From the NCBI RefSeq assembly GCF_009914755.1, contig NC_060926.1: a DNA stretch of 64,000 nt; one strand, 5' to 3'. The notes under the pieces are model-generated. The model saw only the letters and a program-made list of their open reading frames with translations. It had not been told where the DNA came from and made no database searches. Positions 15,626 through 29,929 of this stretch are shown here, one piece after another (the first letter of the stretch is position 1; every line of letters starts with the position of its first letter). The translations under genes and the position numbers were made by a program. The DNA comes from the human T2T-CHM13v2.0 reference genome, Homo sapiens.

Positions 15626-16499
15626 GTATACACATTCTCTGCTCTCTCTTAAATGTAAAGACCCATTCTGAACTCCTACAAACTGGCTAGGATGGCCACT
15701 CCACTTCAACCAATATACAGCCTACTCAGACTACAATCTTACATGTAACTCTCTTTTCTTCTGGTGCTTACATATTTATTGTTTGTGTCTCTAGCACTGT
15801 TTTGTTTTGTTTTGCATTTTAAGAGACACAGAGAGAGAGTTATTGAAAGTACACATGGTAAACTTGGATCCTAATCTTGCCTCCTTGGACTCTTATCCTG
15901 TCTCCAATGCTGTGATTTTAACCAAATAATTTAAGCTCTCAAGGTCTCTTTTCTCATTTGTGAAACAAGGATAATAATATACCTTTATTTTGTGCAAAGA
16001 TACCAAAATTTTGTTAGTTTTTCCACCTCTACTAGTTACTTTCCAGATACATAGTCTTGGTATTATGACTACCATTTGGAGCTTTTCCCTGCCTTCCCAA
16101 TTCTGGAGGTCAACATAGCCACAAAACATTTGTTTTATGGGACCTTATAAACCCTAGTTATAAAATTTCCAAAGTAAAAATGCTCTGGTGATCGTTAAAT
16201 GTAACCACTTCGTTTGAACTCATTGTCAGAAATAACAAATTTGGTACATGATATATCAGACTCAATGCACTTTTTCGATCCCACCTTCTCAGGTAAAAGC
16301 TTTCATTGAGGTGAAAATGTTGTTGACATGGTGTGAATTGGTGTAGTTAGTGGAGAAGGCGGTAATTTGGCTAAGAAAGTCAGAGAAACACCACACAGGA
16401 ATTCTTCTTTAAAAATATAAATTCTATCATTACTTAGCCCATTATTATATCTTTGCTTCTCTTAGTCTTAAAATTCAGTGGCCCTGGCAATCTATTGCT

Positions 16500-16870
16500 C
16501 AGTAGGAAACTTCTTAACAATCATTTTATTATGCTTGTGATTCTATGCATCAGGAAATCTGGGCAGGGCACAGCAGGAATGGATCGTCTCTGTTCCATGA
16601 TGTCTAGGATCTTACCTGGGATGGCTCAAATGGGTGTATTATAGATGGCTGGGATAATTCAATTGGGACTGCATGTCTGGGGCCTCATATTCTTAATGTG
16701 GCATCTGCTGGGGCTGGAATGTTTACAATGAGTTTCTTCACTCACATGCCTGGCATTTGTGCTGGGGTCACTAATCAACTGGGGGCTTGTCTGCATCTCT
16801 CTCTCTCTCCACACATCTTTCTGCATGACTAACTTAGGCTTCCTTCCAACATGGCTGTCCAGGGTTAACT
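16500..16870. mobile_element. MLT1-family LTR fragment
   Basis: caggaaatctgggcagggcacagcaggaatg...gcttccttccaacatggctg. Confidence 0.65.
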
Positions 16871-17019
16871 TCAAACATTTCTGAGCAGTAACAATTCATC
16901 TCTTCTTCACTTATGATGCAAAGTTCTCACATGCTCCTATAAACACACGCTTTTCTTTAGTCCATGTTTTATTTTATGTTATGCCTCTCACTTCTTAACA
17001 TCATATTAAATCCTACTTA

Positions 17020-17345
17020 TATGGTCTGAATGTTTGCATACCCCTAAAATTCACATATTAAAACTTAATCCCCAATGCAATTGTATTAAGAAGTGGGGCC
17101 TTTAGGAGGTGATTAGGTCATGAATGGGATTTGTGCCCTTATACAAGAGAGTTGAGAAAGCTTGTTTGCCCCTTTTGCTGTGTGAGGACACAGCAAGATA
17201 GTGTTATCTATGAAGCAAGAGAGTAAGCCCTCACCAAATATTGACCTTGATCCTGGAATTTCCTGCCTCCAGAACTGTAAGCAATAAATCCCTATCGTTT
17301 ATGGGTTACCCAGCCTAAGGTATTATGTTCTAACAGACTAAGACA
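17020..17345 (+). mobile_element. MLT1A/MST-type MaLR solo LTR
   Basis: tatggtctgaatgttt...ggggcctttaggaggtgattaggtcatga...ctccagaactgtaagcaataaa...gactaagaca. Confidence 0.85.
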
Positions 17346-17461
17346 CACACTGTGCATTGAATCCCAAAACCAGCTCTGATAAATACCACTGTAATATCAT
17401 AGTAAATATTTGATCAAAATTAGGCAGCACATCTACTATAAGTAATCACAGTACTTTCAGA

Positions 17462-17740
17462 GGCTCACACCTGTAATCCCAGCACTTTCAGAGGCTGAGG
17501 TGGGAGGATCACTTGAGCTGGGAGTTCGAGGCCAGTCTGGACAACAAAGGAAGACCTTATCTCTTCAAAAAATAAAAAATAAAATGTTTAAAAATAAGAC
17601 AGGCATAGTGGCACACATCTGTATTCTCAGCTATTCAGGAGGCTGAGCGGGGAGGATGGCTTGAGCCTGGGAGGTCAAGGCTATAGGGAAACGAGATCAT
17701 GCCACTGCACTCTAGCCTGAGTGACAGAGCAAGATCCTGC
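17462..17740 (+). mobile_element. AluJ-like element
   Basis: ggctcacacctgtaatcccagcacttt...ggaggatcacttgag. Confidence 0.92.
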
Positions 17741-17809
17741 TTTTTTAATTAATTAATTTTAAAAAACAAACAAACTAAAAAAGGGAGCAATAGCTCTGGT
17801 CCCTAACTA

Positions 17810-18010
17810 CCAAGTGTCAGTGTCAAATCCTGGCTTCAACACTTGTTGGCTGGGTGATTTGGGGCAAATTACTTACTCTCACAGTGCTTTAGTTTCCTCA
17901 CCTCTAAAATGAAGAATATAAACATACCCTCTTTACAGAATTGTTCTGATGATTAAATGAGTAAATGCACATAAAGGATTCATCGTAAGCACTCCATCAA
18001 TGATAGTTGC
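17810..18010 (+). mobile_element. MIR
   Basis: tcaaatcctggct...gggcaaattactt...tagtttcctcacctctaaaatg, the MIR core. Confidence 0.75.
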
Positions 18011-20152
18011 AAATAATTACTCATTGATTAATAACTGGCCTGTTCTCAAAAGGTTTAAACAAGCCAACTGAATAATAAGACGTTATACATGTAAACTAAT
18101 TTCATACTTATGATATTATCTTTCTAGGAATAGTAAACAAAGCAAGTATCTCCTGAACAAGGAAAAACAATGATTCTCATCTGTAACTACTATCAACTAA
18201 AATCAAATTTTTTAAAGACTCACTACTGAGAAGTGACAGCTACTGGTGAGAAAAAAAAATTCAACAACTAAAAAAAAACACAACAGTGTGGATTCCCTGT
18301 TTAGTTGTCTATATTTCCCACTAGATGAGCAAGCACTATGTCTATCTTTTTCATTTTAATTCCTGCTCTAGCATATTGCCTGGCACATACTAGGTGCTCA
18401 ATACATTGTAAAATGAAATAACACTAAAGTCTTGAGTAGCAGAGTTGATTGTACAAAATAATAAATTCATATTTGTCTCAGTAATTTCTTTTGTGGAGTG
18501 ATTTTTCAATATAGTTATTCTACACATCAAATTATATTAAGTTCTGACATATGTTTTAGGCCAACTCAAGACAATGAAAGTAACAAGGCCATGTATGCAA
18601 TGTTGTTTGCAAGTTGGAAAAGGGTTGTACACCTTGTGAAGATTTCGTACACACATATGCAAAGATTAGAAGTATTTTTAAATAACTTCTATAAGCTTCA
18701 TTTGTCTGGAAAAAAATTATATATCCAGATTTTTTCATTTTACAACAGTGTGAAATAAATATGCCTCTCCCCTGTGCATACTTCCTTGCAGGCACTGCTC
18801 ATGATGTAGTGTCTCTGTTGATTTTTTCTGAATGCTTCATTAGACTAAGAGTCTATGTCTTTCATGTTTGTGTCTCCCGGTATCTGGTATACAGAAGAAA
18901 TCTATACGTTATTTGTTTAATTAATTCACTAATACCTTATTTTCTATATGAATTTCCCCTTTAGGCATATTTCACCACAGAAAAAAATCATATTTATGTA
19001 AATCAACATCTTCAAATAAGAATGAAAATGACTCGGTTTTCATTGTCAGTGACCACCCATGGCCCTCCAGATAACGTTAACAATATTTACAGGATCTTGT
19101 GTGATTTGACTCCTGCTTCTGTCTCCATACCCATTTTGTGCCATTTTCTACCTCACAATGTCTCTCAGACTCCAAGTGGGATGTGTTTTATAAATTGGCT
19201 AACCAGGAATTCCTTGAATTGGATCAAAAAGAAAAACTTTAAGTCTCTAGCTAGCCTATTATTTTACAAAGGAATTTGAGGTAGTAATTTTTTTGTCTGG
19301 TAGGGATCAAGAAGAAAGAATGCAGCTTACTCTACAAGGGCTTCAGTGATGGCTCCTTTCTCTGATTTTTGATTGTTCTAAACATGATATTATCTCGTCC
19401 TTGAATTATAATTTATTTTGATTAGAGATTGATTCTTTCTTTAGTAAGTTACGTATAACCTTGAAATAGATACATGGGCAGCTACAAATACATGATTTTT
19501 AAACAATAGACATTACATTTGTTTTTTACCATAAAATTTCAATGAAATATAAATGGCATGATTTTCATGGACATATTTGCTTTTTTCTAGCCATAGTTGA
19601 GTGCTTTACACACCTTCATGCAATAGCAATTTACCTATCCTTGTTTTAAAGGATGAAATCTTCACTTTTGTTCAATCTATTGCATTGTCTAATTCTTTGA
19701 AAAACAAATGCTTATTTTTAATATGAGCTAGATTTTCATATGTGCCAGCATTCATTTGCTCTTCCTCTTACATAAAAGATCATAGTTTAAATATATGAAT
19801 ATTTTCATATAGCATTTGTGTTTTTCTTTTCTCTAAGAAAGATTGAGCATTTACATTACGCTGCTTGAAAAAAAATAGCATGAAATGGACACTTTTTGAT
19901 GTATAAATAAAATAGTTTTTGGAATAACACTGACGTTTCTCTTTCAAAATCCCTTACCCCTGATTTTTTGGTTTACCTTTACAGAAACTTCAAATGAACA
20001 ATTATGACATGCAAAAATAATAATAATAATAAAGTCACATTCTACAAACATCTGCCTACAGAAAAATTCATAGCCTTCAAGTGGACCATGCAATCTGATG
20101 CTCTGAAATGTGACCCAGACACACAAAAGCTGCCTTTAAAACAGAACACATA

Positions 20153-20472
20153 CCGGGCACAGTGGCTCACGCCTGTAATCCCAGCACTTTGGGAGGCCGA
20201 GGCAGGTGGATCACGAGGTCAGGAGATCGAGACCATCCTGGCTAACACGATGAAACCGTGTCTCTACTAAAAATACAAAAAATTGGCCGGGAGTGGTGGC
20301 ACGCACCTGTAGTCCCAGCTACTCGGGAGTCTGAGGCACAAGAATTGCTTGAACTCGGGAGGCGGAAGTTGCAGGTCACACTAAGGCACTCCAGCCTGGG
20401 AGACAGAGCAAGACTCTGTCTCAAAAATAAAATAAAATAAAATAAAATAAAATAAAATAAAATAAAATAAAA
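20153..20472 (+). mobile_element. AluY/Sc-like element with (AAAAT)n tail
   Basis: ggatcacgaggtcaggagatcgagaccatcctggctaacacg is diagnostic of younger Alus. Confidence 0.95.
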
Positions 20473-20624
20473 TTGGAACACAGTAACACTTTGTGGCTCC
20501 AGCTTATCTTTTGCAAAAGATTTGCCAGCAGCAAAATACATAACGAATCTGAGTCTGAACTTAAGAATCTGAAACTAACAGGTGATACAGAGAAGCCCAA
20601 ATGGACCTCTTCATAAAGAAACCA

Positions 20625-21592
20625 GGGAGAAAATTTTTGCAATCTACCCATCTGACAAAGATCTAATACTTAGAATCTACAAGGAACTTAAACAAATTTA
20701 CAAGAAAAAAAACAAACAACCACATCAAAAAGTAGATGAAGGATATGAACAGAAACTTCTCAAAAAAAGACATTTCTGTGGCCAACAAACATATGAAAAA
20801 AAGCTCATCATCACTGGTCATTAGAGAAATGCAAATCAAAATGACAATGAGATACTATCTCATACTAGTTAGAATGGCAATTATTAAAGTCAGGAAACAA
20901 TAAATGCTGGCGAGGCTGTGGAGAAATAGGAACGCTTTTACACTGTTGGTGGGAGTATAAATTAGTTCAACATTTTGGAAGACAGTGTGGCGATTCTTCA
21001 AGTTTCCAGAGCCAGAAATACCATTTAACCCTGCAATCCCATTACTGGGTATATACCCAAAGGATTATAAATCATTCTACTATAAAGACACATGCACACA
21101 TACGTTTATTGCAGCACTATTTACAATAGCAAAGACTTGGAACCAACCCAAATGTCCATCAATGATAGACTGGATAAAGAAAATGTGGCACAAATACACC
21201 ATGGAATACTATGCAACCATAAAAAAGGATGAGTTCATGTCCTTTGCAGGGACATGGATGAAGCTGGAAGCCATCATTCTCAGCAAATTAACACAGGAAA
21301 AGAAAAGCAAACACCACATGTTCTCACTCATAAGTGGAAGTTAAACAATGACAACACATTGACACAGGGAGGGGAACATCACATACTAGGGCCTGTCGGG
21401 GGGTGGGGGACAAGGGGAGGGAGAGCATTAGGGCAAATACCTAATTCATGCAGGGCTTAAAACCTAGATGACAGGTTGATAGGTGCAGCAAACCACCACG
21501 GCACATGTATACCTATGTAACAAACCTGCACCCTGCACGCTCTGCACATGTATCCCAGAACTTAAAGTAAAAGAAAGAAAGAAAGAAAGAAA
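20625..21592 (+). mobile_element. L1PA 3' ~1 kb (ORF2 C-terminal remnant and 3'UTR)
   Basis: ORF 20985-21344 (EIPFNPAIPLLGIYPKDYKSFYYKDTCT...WNQPKCPS) is the L1 ORF2p C-terminus; (GAAA)n tail. Confidence 0.95.
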
Positions 21593-22391
21593 CGAGGCAA
21601 CATAAGGATATTTTCAAAGAACCAAATGTTATCAGCTACCAATTTGTAATGACAGAAAAGAATATCAAAATCCTTTAAAACCCTTGTCTTCTCAACACAG
21701 GTCAGTTATGCACAGGTTGTTTGTTTTTTTGTTTTTTGTTTTTTTTTACATGAACCATTATTGAACAAGTTTGCATTCTTTACAGCAGTACATATTTTTA
21801 GTTTCAATATAATTCCTCATTATATGAGCAAACTTTTCTCATTTTATAAAGTTTTCAAGGATTTAAAAATTTAAAGTCTTCATACACTATTTATTCTTCC
21901 ACAATAGCATTTAAAAAAAAACTAAGTCATTCACATGGGAAAAACTGGAACTCTTGATCCTAGGTTGAGTCACATGTGTGGAGCTGATTTATTCCTGCTT
22001 CTCTCTTCTCACTAATCAAAACTGATTATTAGTCATTCCTTGAGACTTTCATAGCCAAAGGCTGTTGAACCAATCTTGATAGATTTTCTTTATACTCTGT
22101 ACTTGATGCATTCTTCAAGAAAGGCAAAACATGTTAGAAAATAGTAAGTGACAAATAGGTTTTCAATTAATACATTATAAAACACTCAGAAATAAAATGC
22201 TGCTTGTTGCATGATTATAAAACCAATTCTTAGGATGATCATCATTTTTAAAATATAGATTACAGTGGTAGAAAATATTCAGAAGCCACAGGATTAAAAT
22301 AAGGGATGAGTATCAAAGCTATCTATAGATTCAATGCAATCCCTATTAAAATCCCAATACCATTTCTTACAGAAATATAAAACATAAGTCT

Positions 22392-22560
22392 AGGCCAGGC
22401 ATGGTGGCAGGCGCCTGTAATCCCAGCTACTTGGGAGGCTGAGGCAGGAGAAATTGCTTGAACTCGGGAGCTGGAGGTTGCAGTGAGCCGAGATTGCACC
22501 ATTTCACTCCAGCCGGGGCGACAGAGCCAGACTCCATCTCAAAAAATAAATAAATAAACA
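22392..22560 (+). mobile_element. Alu right monomer
   Basis: ggccaggcatggtggcaggcgcctgtaatcccagctac followed by an A tail. Confidence 0.9.
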
Positions 22561-22752
22561 ACAAAAAATAACACACATTCTAAAATTCACATGGAACCAC
22601 AAAAGGCCTTGAATAGCCAAAAAAAAATTTTTTTGAGAAAGGAGAGAAAGAGGAGAAGAGAAGAGAAAGCTGGAGACATCACAATTCCTGATTTCAAAAC
22701 ATATTGTGAAGTTATAGTAATTAAAGTAGTATATGGCCAGAGATGGTGGCTT

Positions 22753-23052
<300 letters not shown>

Positions 23053-23857
23053 ACAAAAGTAGCATAGTACTGGCATAAAGACAGACATACAGACCAATGG
23101 AACAGAATAGGGATCCCAGAAATAAATCTACACATACATATATACAACTCATCTTCCACAAGGGCACCAAGAATACTCAGTAGTAAAAGGACAGTCTCTT
23201 CAACAAATGGTGTTAGGAAAACTAGATCTCCACATGCAAAAATTGGACCCTTATCTTACACTGTACACAAAAATCACTATAAATGGATTAAATATTTCAA
23301 CATAAGACCTGAAAGTATAAAACTTCTAGGAAAAAATTTAGAGGAAAAGCTTCATGATACTGATCTTGGCAATTTTTTCATGGATATGACCCCAAAACCT
23401 CAGGCAACAAAAGTGAAGATAGACAAATGGGACTAAATCAAACTAAAAAGCTTCTATACAGCAAAGCAAAAAACCAACAGAGTGAAAAGGCAACCCACAG
23501 AACAAGGGAAAGTATTTGCAAACATATACCTCATATACCTGATACAGGGTTAATTTCCAAAATATATAAGGAACTCTTACAATGCAATAGCAAAAGAAAA
23601 AAAAAAGACTGACAACCCAATTAAAAATGAGCTGAAGACTTGAATAGACATTCCAAAGACATACAAATGGCCTACAGAAAAGATATTCAAGGTATTAATC
23701 ATCAGAGAAATGTAAATGAAAACCACAATGAAATCCAACAGCCTCACACCTATTAGGATAGCTATTATCAAATATAAACAAGAGAAATGTTGGCAAGGAT
23801 GTGGAGAAATTGAAACCTTGTACACTATAGGTGAGAAATCAAAATGGTGCAGCTGTA

Positions 23858-24002
23858 CCTGGCACAGTGGCACACGACTGTAGTCCCAGCTGCTTGGGAA
23901 GCTGGGGCAGAAGGATTACTTGAGCCCAGAAGTTCAAGCCTGCAGTGAGCTATGATGGAAGTACTGTACTCTAGCCTGGGTGGCAAAGCAAAATCATGCT
24001 GA
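23858..24002 (+). mobile_element. Alu monomer (FLAM/FRAM/AluJ-like)
   Basis: ctggcacagtggcacacgactgtagtcccagc...ctagcctggg. Confidence 0.8.
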
Positions 24003-24228
24003 AAAGAAAAGAAAAAAAGGAGAGGAGAGGGAGAGGGAGAAGGGAAGAGGAGAAGAGAAGGGAAGGGAAGAGAAGAGAAGAGAAGAGGAGAGGAGAGGAG
24101 AGGAGAGGAGAGGAGAGGAGAGGAGAGGAGAGGAGAGGAGAGGAGAGAAGAGGAGAGAAGAGAGGAGAAGAGAGGAGAAGAGAGGAGAGGAGAGGAGGGG
24201 AGGGGAGGGGAGGAAGGGGAGGGGAGGC
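24001..24228 (+). repeat. Polypurine (GAGAG/GGAGA)n repeat
   Basis: ~225 bp of purines only on the plus strand. Confidence 0.97.
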
Positions 24229-24844
24229 GAAGGTGAGCTACCTTGAAAGGATGGAGGAAATTGAAATGAAAAGAAGGAGGGGACAGTAGAAATAGCTTGG
24301 AAGACAGCCTATTTCTCAACTTTCATAATGAGAAGTAAATAAATAATGTCCAAAATTGAGAAATCAAGAAATAAAAATGTAATCAATATGTTTAGAAAAA
24401 CCACTGAAAGTGATTCCTTCTAGGAAGAGAGACTAGGAAATGGGGAGAGGTAATGTCAAGAGACTCCTTTACTTATAAGCGTTTACTAATGATTTAATTT
24501 ATTTAAATCATATAAATATACTGCTTTAATTAAAAATTAATTCATATATTAGGAGAAAAGTATATATTGTATGTATTGTAACAGGAGTAAGGAAAAGTTC
24601 TTAGGTTCTTGAAGTTCTTACATTGCCTGGTGTAGCACATAGATGAAAAAAACCAAGATGAGGTATTTAGAGTTTCTAATAATTAGTCTGTCTCCACAGC
24701 ATCTATTGCCACCATCCTAATGCTCAAACCTGTGTAGCCAGAGTGATTTTTATAAAAATATAATCAGTTTTATTTCCCAATTCAAGGTTCATAAATTGCT
24801 TCCTATTGCCTATCTGTCAAAATATAAAATAAACTCCTTTATAT

Positions 24845-25220
24845 GGTGTCTTAGTTTATTTTCTGCTGCTATACCAGAATCTGGGTTATTTATGAAGAAT
24901 AGAAGTTTATTTTGGCTCATGGTTCTGGAGGTTAGGAAGTCCAAGGGAATGGCACTGGCAAGAGTCATCCTGTAATGGAAGGCATTACATGGTAACCTGT
25001 CAAGAGAGGCAGAGAGAGAAAATGGAGCCAAACTCATCCTTTTTATCAGGAACTCACTTCCAAGTTAAATAATTTACTCCTCAGATAACAGCATTAATCC
25101 CTTCATGAAGGCAGAATTCTCATGGTCTAATCAACCCTTAAATGTCCCTTCTCTCAACACTGCTGCATTGAATTCAGTTTCCGACACATAGACTTTTGGG
25201 GAGCACATTTAATCTGCAAC
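24845..25220 (-). mobile_element. MST/MLT MaLR LTR
   Basis: tgtcttagttt...ggctcatggttctggaggttaggaagtccaag...gcattaatcccttcatgaaggcaga. Confidence 0.8.
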
Positions 25221-25933
25221 AAATGGCTTGCAGAATCTAGGTTCTTTATATCAGTCCAACTTCATTTTCCATTAACACCTCTTGAGTTTTATATACACCA
25301 GTATTTCCCAGAAAAATCCCAGATCTCATATCTTTATGCCTTCAATTTTTCATTTCCTTCTTATCTAAGAAGCAAACTCCTACCTTTACTACATCCAACA
25401 TATGGCTCATAGGCCCCCATTAGAGTTCTTTACATATTGTGTTGAAAGTGTTTGTTTTCATGTATGTCTCCCTTACAAGGTTGTAAGATGGCTCAGATAA
25501 GTGACCATGGATTTTATTTGTCTTCCCAGTATCCCTACCCTCTCACACATAGAGAATTTGCCATCAAAATTGATCAAATAAATGAATCCAAAAGAGGATC
25601 TTTACATAGAATAGCAGTACAAACCAAGAAGTACAACGGGAGAATCAATAAGGGGGAAAAGCAGAATTGAAATACAAAGTAATTGTATTCTCAGAGCCCA
25701 ATAAGATTGCAATAATCAAAGTAATAATAGCTTACCAGGAATTAATCACTAATCAGGCATTGTTCTAAGCATTTTCTACATTTAAACCTCGCAATTACCC
25801 TAAGAGAAGATCATATTTTTATTTCATTTACTGATGAAGAAACTGAAGCATAGATAGGATAGGAAAATTGCCCATGGTAACAGTTAGTAAGTGGCAATGC
25901 CCAATAAACATAGATGTTTGGTCATTTACCAGT

Positions 25934-26296
25934 TGTATTAGTCCACTGTCACACTATCTAAGACTGGGTAATTTATGAAGAAAATAGGTTTAAATGACTC
26001 ACAGTTTCACAGACTGTACAGGAAGCATGGCTGGGGAGGCCCCAGGAAACTTAAAATCATAGCAGAAGGGAGAAGTTAAAGCAAGCACCTTCTTCCCAGG
26101 GAGGAGTGGGGAAGGGGGAGAGAAGAGGGAAGTGCTACAACACACTTTCAAACAACCAGATCTCATGAGAATTCTATCATAAGAACAGCAAGGGAGAAGT
26201 CCAACCCCATGATTCAATCACCTCCCACCAGGGCCCTCCTCCAACACTGGGTTCAACATAATATTTGGGTTGGGACACGGAGCCAAACCATATCAC
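25934..26296 (-). mobile_element. THE1/MSTA MaLR solo LTR, inserted in a MIR
   Basis: tgtattagtcc...gactgggtaatttatgaagaaaa...ccatgattcaatcacctcccaccagg...ccaaaccatatca. Confidence 0.9.
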
Positions 26297-29200
26297 CAAT
26301 GATGCCTAGTTTTACTTCAATGCTCATACAAAGTGCCAAAAATCCCAACCTATCTTATAGGTGATACGATGCATTGCATTATTGAGTTATACAGTAACTA
26401 CTATTTTGCATTTGGTCAACTTTCACATTCATATCCAAATCTTTGGAACTGTTCCCCTAGTACTCCAAAAAGATTCTAAAGCTACCATTCCACTGGAGGC
26501 TACTTCTTTCATTCTTTGTAATTAAAATAAAATATGTAATTTTCAGCAAGGTGACTAATTAAATTCCCAAAGTGCTCCTAATATAAACACAAACTAGGCT
26601 GACCCTTCCCTTGAAAACTCCAAACTGATCAAGACAAAAGGGAGGAAGATATGTAAACAGAGTCTGGTATACACTTATGGAAAATAAAAAGCTCAAAGAC
26701 AAGAGTTCGCCCTACTGAACATGCCAATTCCTATTTCCACATGCCTCAAGACCCTGGACCCTCAATGGGAGTTCAAAGTCCTCAGAATGATGCAAAGCTG
26801 GGCACTGTGGCTCTGTCTACTTGCTTATGTTTTATCTCTCTGACCTGGCCTGTTTTAAGCAGATGAACCCTGAACCTGCAAATAAAGTTTTAGTTTAATT
26901 ATGAAACAAATGTTTTGCTTGTCTTTGGTTAGGTATACCATTATTTATGCCCTAATTAGTGTCAGAGCAATTTAGTATCTGTATATATAATAATATATGT
27001 TGACTGCCTCAAGCATTTTTTCTGCATTGTGTGCATCCTTAGAACATGTCATTATTTATAAATCCACCAAGAAAGTGTTAAGCAACAAAGCTCACCATTG
27101 TCAAAAACTCTCACATTCATATCAACTTAAATATTTCTTATTCCTTGGAAAAAAATCAATGGAAGTTATTCACATATGTTAAAGAATCATCTCAAAAAAC
27201 TACTTTTTCTATAAATAAATACATTTTGTATAAGTAAGCCAAATGTACATAATGTAATTTAGCTACACTTGGCATCCTAAAAACACTTGGGAGAGTATTC
27301 ACTAAATCATTCACTAAATGCTATAATATTCTGTCACTGTATCATAATATTTTATATGCAAAATATGCCCTTCCTAAAGTGGGCCTAAAAACAGTCATTT
27401 CTGAGACGTTTATCTGGAATATAAATGTGTTAATGCACTACAGGGTAAAACACTGGAGTGCCTAAGAATTTCCACTGAGCCCCAGAAATTTATCAAAAGA
27501 TAAATCTTTCCTTCCTTTTAATGGGATATTCAAAGTAGTTAGCATCTAAATATTAAAGTGTTCATAAAAATTTTTTCAAATTCCTATCCCTTGACAGGTT
27601 ACCCTTTGTTTAGTTGGAGTTAAAATGGAACATTGTCTGTGGCATCCAAGGGAAGCAGGACAATATTGGGCAAGAGAAAAAAGATAGCCTTAGTCAACCT
27701 GGTGAGATCACTTCAAGCTTTATCATTTTACAATTCAAGAAACAAACAAGTGCTTATCTTTCTAAGAAGATAACAAATGTTAACTGCTTCAAAATGAATA
27801 AAATTCACAAAATAGGCATTATAAATATTGTGCAATGATAATAATAATAATAATGTTTTCAATTAAAAAACTGGCAACAAAAATCAACCCCCCTCCTCTC
27901 TCCACATTGGAAGTTTTAAATTCGCAAATAGTTACAGCAGAAACGTTTCATGTTAGAAAAGTTTATAATTAGTCTTATAAGAAAAAGTCAATGATTGCAG
28001 CTTTCTTTAATTAATTTTTTGTGCAAAAGTAAGGTCATTTTTCTATCGAATCACTAAGACAGTAACACAAGTAAAGCAGTTTAACAAATATAAACGTTTG
28101 CTTACAGCATAGTCTACCTGTGTAATCTCTTCTCTATCACTTTTTAAGACAGAAATGATTAAAGTAAATATCTGGGCTGAAGAGTTTGCTAAAATAAAAA
28201 CAGAAATTATAACCATTTACAAAATGAAGAAAATACATACTGAAATCTTACAGCATCTTCTCCACTTAATAAAACTGTCTAGTAAACATCATTCATTGAC
28301 TTTTACTAAGACAATGCAGTTTTTAAAACTGATTATTTTTTAATAGATAATAATAATAAATAAAAACACTTGGGATCTCTTACAGCAGAGTAAAAAGGTA
28401 CCATGTAACATTTTGTCAACTTGAAACTAAAATTATGTGGAAAGTTTTGGTATAACATACACCTAATAGAAATTTAAAGATAGTACAAATAGAACCAGTT
28501 AGATATAACTGACCATAAACCGTCACATATGTACTGGCTAACACAACAACAATAATCCTTTAAAAAAAATAAAAACAAACGTTGGGATTTTTTTTCTTTT
28601 TTTCTTCCAATCAGTACAGTAAATGCAACAGAATTCAACGTTCACTACCTAACTTAAGAGAAAATATCTATGTGCACCTCCAAAATGATACCTCACTGTT
28701 AGAAGCTTAAATTATAAGTACAGGAAGTATCAGTTCAAATAAAGACAGACTATAAGTCAGTACTATCATGGAATCATACGCAGGATCCTATCCAGAAATA
28801 ATTACACTCAGCCTTCTGCAGCATGCACACCCTGGAAGCCTGCATATGTTGGCTTCTCAGCAGCCTGACAGCAGGCAGTTTCCAATTGCATGGAGAAGTG
28901 GAGAGAGCTCATGTTAATGAGATTCTCCTTCTGCATCTCTCTACCTCACATACTGCATCTTCTAGCACAGGAAAATCACTCTCCTACCACGACAGAGAAA
29001 GCAGGAGATCCTTATGGGCCTTCAGTTCACTTACATTTTTTCTTTTTCTACCATTAATGTTTTTTAAGGCATTTATGTTCCTCCTTGACACTAGAAGAAA
29101 TCTTTTCCTTTGCTTGGCTTCTAAGATAGGATGGTTTGTAATATCCTTTCCCTCACTTCTATGCTTATATAACTTAAAGTGGCCACTTCATTTCATTCAT

Positions 29201-29929
29201 TCTTTTTCCTTCCTAGTTGAGCCATGTTTCAGAAGGACAAGACAGGAAAAATAGTAATCAAGGACAAATAAGAACACTTCTCACTTCTTTTATCAATTTG
29301 ATAGTGAAGATTGTCCCATCAACATCATTATGAGGACAATTGCTTCATGAGAGGAATATTTTATTAAAAGAAAACATTAGAATCCTCTTATTACACTGAC
29401 CAAGCTAAGATTACCCTACTATAGAATATATGGTTGAGAGTACATGTAATGCTAAGAAGAGCTGGGAAAGCAGGAATGGTCCTATTTTTAGGACAGCTTC
29501 ATTTAACATTCACTCTGACCTTTATTGGAATGTGTCATATTTAATTTAAACTACATAGGAAGCTCCTCACATTCTAAATTGAAGTAAACTATTGGGTTTT
29601 CCTTTCTTTTCCTCCTTCTCATCTGAAAGTTTTCCCAGTAGTGAATAAGCAGTTTCTTTTTGCATTTTGAAAAACAGAATAATAATAAGCCAATGCAGTT
29701 TACCAATTCCTCAAAATTGCTTCCATTATTTTTTATAAGTAACATCACTGCAAATTATGTTTTCATAATCTACCAAATTATTCTTTACTTATTTCTTTCC
29801 CTGTACCTCAAAGTTATTGCCACTTTGGACCAATCTAAACAATTCATCTCCTACCTTGGTATTTACACTCTTCAAGTGATCATACCTGGTTTTCTTGTCT
29901 CTCCTCCCCACTCTGCTGCCTGTCTTGTT

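Noticed and set aside
20985-21344. 119-aa ORF with protein-like composition
   Set aside because: C-terminal remnant of L1 ORF2p in a 5'-truncated element, not a gene
23825-24319. SSPLL-repeat and EERRG-repeat ORFs
   Set aside because: Translations of the (GAGAG)n microsatellite
29516-29523. Perfect NBRE (TGACCTTT = AAAGGTCA) suggesting autoregulation
   Set aside because: An 8-mer is expected about twice by chance on both strands of 64 kb, and there is no supporting context
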